Source: an uncultured Acidobacteriota bacterium (lineage in GTDB: Bacteria; Acidobacteriota; Terriglobia; Terriglobales; Acidobacteriaceae). From it: a stretch of 64,000 nt of DNA. The notes under the pieces were generated by a model, which had not been told where the DNA came from, did no database searches, and saw only the letters and a program-made list of their open reading frames with translations. Position numbers and translations under genes: made by a program. The stretch lies in assembly GCA_963745965.1 (NCBI GenBank), contig CAVUZC010000006.1, positions 148,895 to 212,894 of the forward strand. Reading direction: 5' to 3'. Shown here in pieces: positions 60,333 to 64,000 of the stretch. Position 1 is the first letter of the stretch. The number at the start of each line of letters is the position of its first letter.

Positions 60333-61917
60333 ATGGTCAACATGCATCCGCAGTCCACCATCAACGGTGCGCAGAGCGATCGCGCGCCTTCCTCACCCGC
60401 CGGCCAGCAGATGGTCGCAAGCCTGGGCCTCTTCAGCGCCACCACCATCGTCGTCGGCTCCATGATCGGCAGCGGCATCTTCATCGTCGACTGCGACATC
60501 GCGCGCCTCACCGATTCTCCGGCGCTGTACCTCGGCGCGTGGATCGTCACCGCCGTCATGACCATGATCTGCGCCCTCAGCTACGGCGAACTCGCCGCCA
60601 TGATGCCCAAAGCCGGCGGCCAATACGTCTACCTGCGCGAATCGCTCGGCCCCCTCTGGGGATTTCTCTACGGCTGGACGCTCTTCCTCGTCATCGAGAC
60701 CGGAACCATCGCCGCGGTCTGCGTGGCCTTCGGCAAATTTCTCGGCGTCTTCTTTCCCGTCGGTATCGAGCACGCACTGGCTCTGGCACATCGCGCACGT
60801 TCCGGCCATTCCCGTCGGCCCCATGCTGCTCGGCAACATGGACATCGGCGTCAGCACCGCGAATCTCGCCGGCATTCTCGTCGTTCTGCTTCGTCGCCGC
60901 CGTCAACATCTGCGGTGTGCGCTTCGGCGCGCTCGTGCAAAACGTCTTCACCGTGGCCAAGGCGCTCTCGCTCGCCGCGCTCGTGCTTCTGGGATTCACC
61001 ATCGGCCGCAACGCCGCGGCCATCGCGGCCAACTTCGGCAGCCACTGGCACGAGTTCTGGCGCAACGCGGGCTGGCATTCGCTTCATCCCGTGCAGGTGG
61101 GCGCGCAGGGCCCCATCGTCATGGTGGGCACTCTCGCCATCCTCGCCGTGGTGCAGGTCGGCTCGCTCTTCTCCGCCGACGCGTGGAACAACGTCACCTT
61201 CACCGCCGGCGAAATCAAGAATCCCCGCCGCAACGTGCCGCTCTCGCTCGCCCTCGGCGTCGGCTTCGTGCTGGTGGTCTATTTCCTCGCCAGCGCGGCA
61301 TACATCCTCGTGCTTGCCGCTGCACGGCGATCCGCACGGCGCAACGGTCTTCGCGCGCGGCGTGCAATACGCCTCCGAGGACCGCATCGGTGCCGCCGTG
61401 CTGCAGCAGATCTTTCCCGGAGTGGGTGGCTACCTGATGGCCGCGGCGATCCTCATCTCCACCTTCGGCTGCGCCAACGGCATCACGCTCTCCGGCGCAC
61501 GCGCCTACTACGCCATGGCGCAGGACGGCCTCTTCTTTGGTTTTGTAGGCAAAGCTGCATCCACGCTATAAAACTCCGGCCGCCGGCCTCGTCGTCCAGG
61601 CCGTGTGGACGACCATCCTCTGCGTCTCCGGCTCCTACGGCCAGTTGCTCGACTACATCATCTTCGCCGAGCTGGTCTTTTACATCCTCACCATCGTCGG
61701 CCTCTTCATCCTGCGCCAAAAGCAGCCCAACGCCCCGCGCCCCTACAAAGCCTTCGGCTATCCCGTGCTGCCCATTCTCTACATCGTGATGGCCGCAGGC
61801 ATCTGCGCCGCGCTGCTCCGCTACAAGCCGCAATACACCTGGCCCGGCCTGATCCTCGTGCTGCTGGGCATTCCCGTCTATCTTTATTGGTCGCGGAAAG
61901 ATCCAGCAAGGGTGTAG
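60333..61917 (+). CDS. APC family amino acid permease; multiple frameshifts
   Basis: GSMIGSGIF, YGELAAMMPKAGGQYVYL, LFSADAWNNVTF..GE.KNP.RNVP, GARAYYAMA.DG, RPYKAFGYPVLP across three frames. Confidence 0.9.
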
Positions 61918-61947
61918 CCCACGGAAATACGTAACCCGCAACGAAAT

Positions 61948-62001
61948 TGTCATCCTGAGCGAGGTCGCCGCAGCGACCGAGTCGAAGGATCTGCGGTTGC
62001 T
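61948..62001. repeat. Solo copy of the family B repeat that flanks the GIY-YIG gene
   Basis: TGTCATCCTGAGCGAG-GTCGCCGCAGCGACC-GAGTCGAAGGATCTGCGGTTGCT. Confidence 0.8.
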
Positions 62002-62068
62002 TTTCTCTCTGCTGAACAGTGCGCCAATTGTGGAATAGCCGCCGTCCTCTTAGGACTAGAATTTCGTC

Positions 62069-62239
62069 ATGGCGCAAAGCGACAAAAAATCCGAAGCGGA
62101 ATTGCACGAATCCGCACTGGCCGCCCCCGAGATCGACGAATCCAAGTTCCCCTACGGCTATGGCGATGAGAGAGGCGGATCGGGTCACTCAGTCCGGACG
62201 GTGAGCGCCGCTGGGATACCTGAAGAGAGGGATAAGTAA
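62069..62239 (+). CDS. 56-aa small ORF (below the ORF-track cutoff)
   Basis: MAQSDKKSEAELHESALAAPEIDESKFPYGYGDERGGSGHSVRTVSAAGIPEERDK*; its stop overlaps the next ATG (TAATG). Confidence 0.45.
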   Translation: MAQSDKKSEAELHESALAAPEIDESKFPYGYGDERGGSGHSVRTVSAAGIPEERDK

Positions 62240-62550
62240 TGTCTTCATTCGGTCTACCTAATCAAACTCCCGGCGAGACGGGGGCAAACGCGCCAAACCC
62301 GCTGCCACCGTCAGGGACAGCCAATGTAGCTCTCTGCAACTTCACAGGCCAGCATGTGAAATTCAAGATTTCTGGCGTCTTGGCCGGAAGAGCCGTGACG
62401 AAGGAGGTTGACGTGCCTCCTTTCACTTACATCTGGTCGACGGGGTGGGCAGCCGGAGATGGCTGTGTGCTCACCGTGAGCGCCCCCTGCGTCACGAGGA
62501 CGTTTTGTCCCTTTGTCACCTCTGATCTGGTGGCAATTTTTCAGAAATAA
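62239..62550 (+). CDS. Hypothetical protein, 103 aa, four Cys
   Basis: Clean ORF coupled to the 56-aa ORF, GAGGGA RBS-like sequence upstream. Confidence 0.5.
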   Translation: MSSFGLPNQTPGETGANAPNPLPPSGTANVALCNFTGQHVKFKISGVLAGRAVTKEVDVPPFTYIWSTGWAAGDGCVLTVSAPCVTRTFCPFVTSDLVAIFQK

Positions 62551-62633
62551 GTAAAACAGGTTCCGTAAGGTGTAGCGCCAAGTATCTCAAGCCTCGGCAT
62601 GGAGACTTGATGCGCTTCGCCGGATGCGCAACT

Positions 62634-64000
62634 CTACTGCAGCAGCGTCCCCTGCTCGCCCTCGTGATCGCCGTTCCCATTCCCGTTCAGCTCTTCTGGC
62701 GGAATGATCACCGCGGCGGCAACCTTATCTTCGGGATCGAGATTCAACAGCCGCACGCCCTGCGTGGCGCGGCCTGCCGAGCGGATGGTCTTGGTATCGA
62801 TGCGAATGATCTTGCCGAACTGGCTGATCACCATCAGCTCGCTGTTGTCGTCGACAAGCTGGATCGAGCTCACGCGGCCCACGCGCTCGGTGACGGAAAG
62901 ATTCTTCACGCCCTTGCCGCCGCGCGTTTGCAGGCGGTACTCCTCGACGTCGGTGCGCTTGCCGAAGCCGTTCTCGGTGACGGAAAGAATGCGGTACGCG
63001 CCCGCCGCGTGCTCCTTGGGCGTAACAGCGACGCCGATCACGTAGTCATTCTTCACCAGGGCAATGCCGCGCACGCCATAAGCCGGCCGGCCCATCGAGC
63101 GCACGTCGCTCTCTTCAAAGCGAATCGCCAAGCCCAAATGCGTAGCCAGGAAGATGACCTGCGAGCCATCCGTAATGCGTGCCGCAACCAGCTCATCGTC
63201 GGTGTCGATACCGATGGCAATAATGCCCCTCGACATCACGTTCGAGAAGTCCTTGAGCGGCGTCTTCTTTACCGTGCCTTTTTGCGTGGCGAAGAAGATG
63301 TACTTCCCCTCTTCCTCAAGATCGCGCAGGCCCAGAATCGCGCAGACCTTTTCGCCCTGCTGCAAATCGAGCAGGCTCTGCATCGACTTGCCCTTGCCCG
63401 CCGCGCTCACGTCGGGAATCTCGTAAACCTTGAGCCAGTAGACGCGCCCCGTGTTGGTGAAGCACAGCAGGTAGGCGTGCGTGGATTCGATGATGAGCTG
63501 CGAGACAAAATCCTCCTCGCGCGTCTTCATGCCCATGCGTCCTGTGCCGCCGCGCCGCTGTTGGCGATAAATAGAAATCGGAGTCCGCTTCAGGTAGCCC
63601 TGGTGGCTCACCGTCACCGCAACTTGCTCGTCGGCGATCAGGTCTTCGAGCTGGATCTCCGCGCTCTCGTCGATGATCTCCGTGCGCCGCTTGTCACCGT
63701 ACTTTTCCTTGACTTCCTCAAGCTCCTTCACGATCACCGAGCGCAGTTTCTTCTCGCTGCCAAGGATCTCTTCGTACTCGGCAATCTTCGCGCGGATTTC
63801 ATTGAGCTCGTTCAGGATCTCATCGACGGAGAACTGAGTGAGGCGATAGAGTTGCAGTTCTAGGATGGCGTCTACCTGGCGCAGCGTTAAACCTTTTTCC
63901 TCGTGCGGCAGGCGCTCGCGGCCCAGGTTGATAACAATGTCTTTGCCCTTGCCCCACGCATAGAGGTTCTCTCTCGCGTCGACTCGCGAGTTCGATCCGC
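62634..64000 (-). CDS. gyrA: DNA gyrase subunit A, C-terminal part (continues beyond window)
   Basis: Six beta-pinwheel repeats; GyrA box QRRGGTG; LLCFTNTGRVY, AYGVRGI, QTRGGKG, RATQGVRL. Confidence 0.97.
   Translation of the reverse strand, partial: GSNSRVDARENLYAWGKGKDIVINLGRERLPHEEKGLTLRQVDAILELQLYRLTQFSVDEILNELNEIRAKIAEYEEILGSEKKLRSVIVKELEEVKEKYGDKRRTEIIDESAEIQLEDLIADEQVAVTVSHQGYLKRTPISIYRQQRRGGTGRMGMKTREEDFVSQLIIESTHAYLLCFTNTGRVYWLKVYEIPDVSAAGKGKSMQSLLDLQQGEKVCAILGLRDLEEEGKYIFFATQKGTVKKTPLKDFSNVMSRGIIAIGIDTDDELVAARITDGSQVIFLATHLGLAIRFEESDVRSMGRPAYGVRGIALVKNDYVIGVAVTPKEHAAGAYRILSVTENGFGKRTDVEEYRLQTRGGKGVKNLSVTERVGRVSSIQLVDDNSELMVISQFGKIIRIDTKTIRSAGRATQGVRLLNLDPEDKVAAAVIIPPEELNGNGNGDHEGEQGTLLQ

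Noticed and set aside
1-61917. Programmed ribosomal frameshifting as the explanation for split genes
   Set aside because: Too many sites in unrelated genes, no consistent slippery motif, and several genes need multiple shifts.

Overview
A high-GC (roughly 60-65%) bacterial window, most consistent with Acidobacteriota (inference from gene content, ASPIC/UnbV paralog abundance and REP types). Many genes are broken by single-base frameshifts, which looks like long-read assembly error rather than real decay. Two large accessory systems stand out. (1) 1-19,859 is a lipid biosynthesis and export locus. It combines a PlsA/PlsR (Ger)-like activase-reductase pair, a divergent operon with an HpnR-like cobalamin radical-SAM methylase and an acyl-CoA dehydrogenase, and a radical-SAM protein of the tetraether synthase (Tes/GDGT-MAS, MJ0619) family. 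It also has FabZ, FabG, a GT2, a NodB deacetylase, a DUF2062-methyltransferase fusion, and MMPL/LolA-like/outer-membrane-barrel export genes. It is a candidate for bacterial ether-linked, methyl-branched or membrane-spanning lipid synthesis. (2) About 45,200-61,900 is a co-directional locus with a six-gene translationally coupled core (50,188-57,874). It encodes a hydrazine synthase alpha-like heme protein and a beta-propeller/diheme (HzsB-HzsC-like) fusion, with an unregulated DAHP synthase, amidase, Rid protein, ASPIC/UnbV proteins, a solute-binding protein and an APC permease. Between the two systems are ribBA, gnd, a GIY-YIG nuclease flanked by inverted REP-like repeats (with a solo copy near 61,950), two more ASPIC/UnbV paralogs around a propeller sensor kinase/NarL pair, a pentaheme-TPR cytochrome, and an incomplete legionaminate/bacillosamine-type sugar cassette. 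The window ends in the 3' part of gyrA. No rRNA, tRNA or CRISPR array was seen. All family assignments are from motif recognition only; no searches were run.
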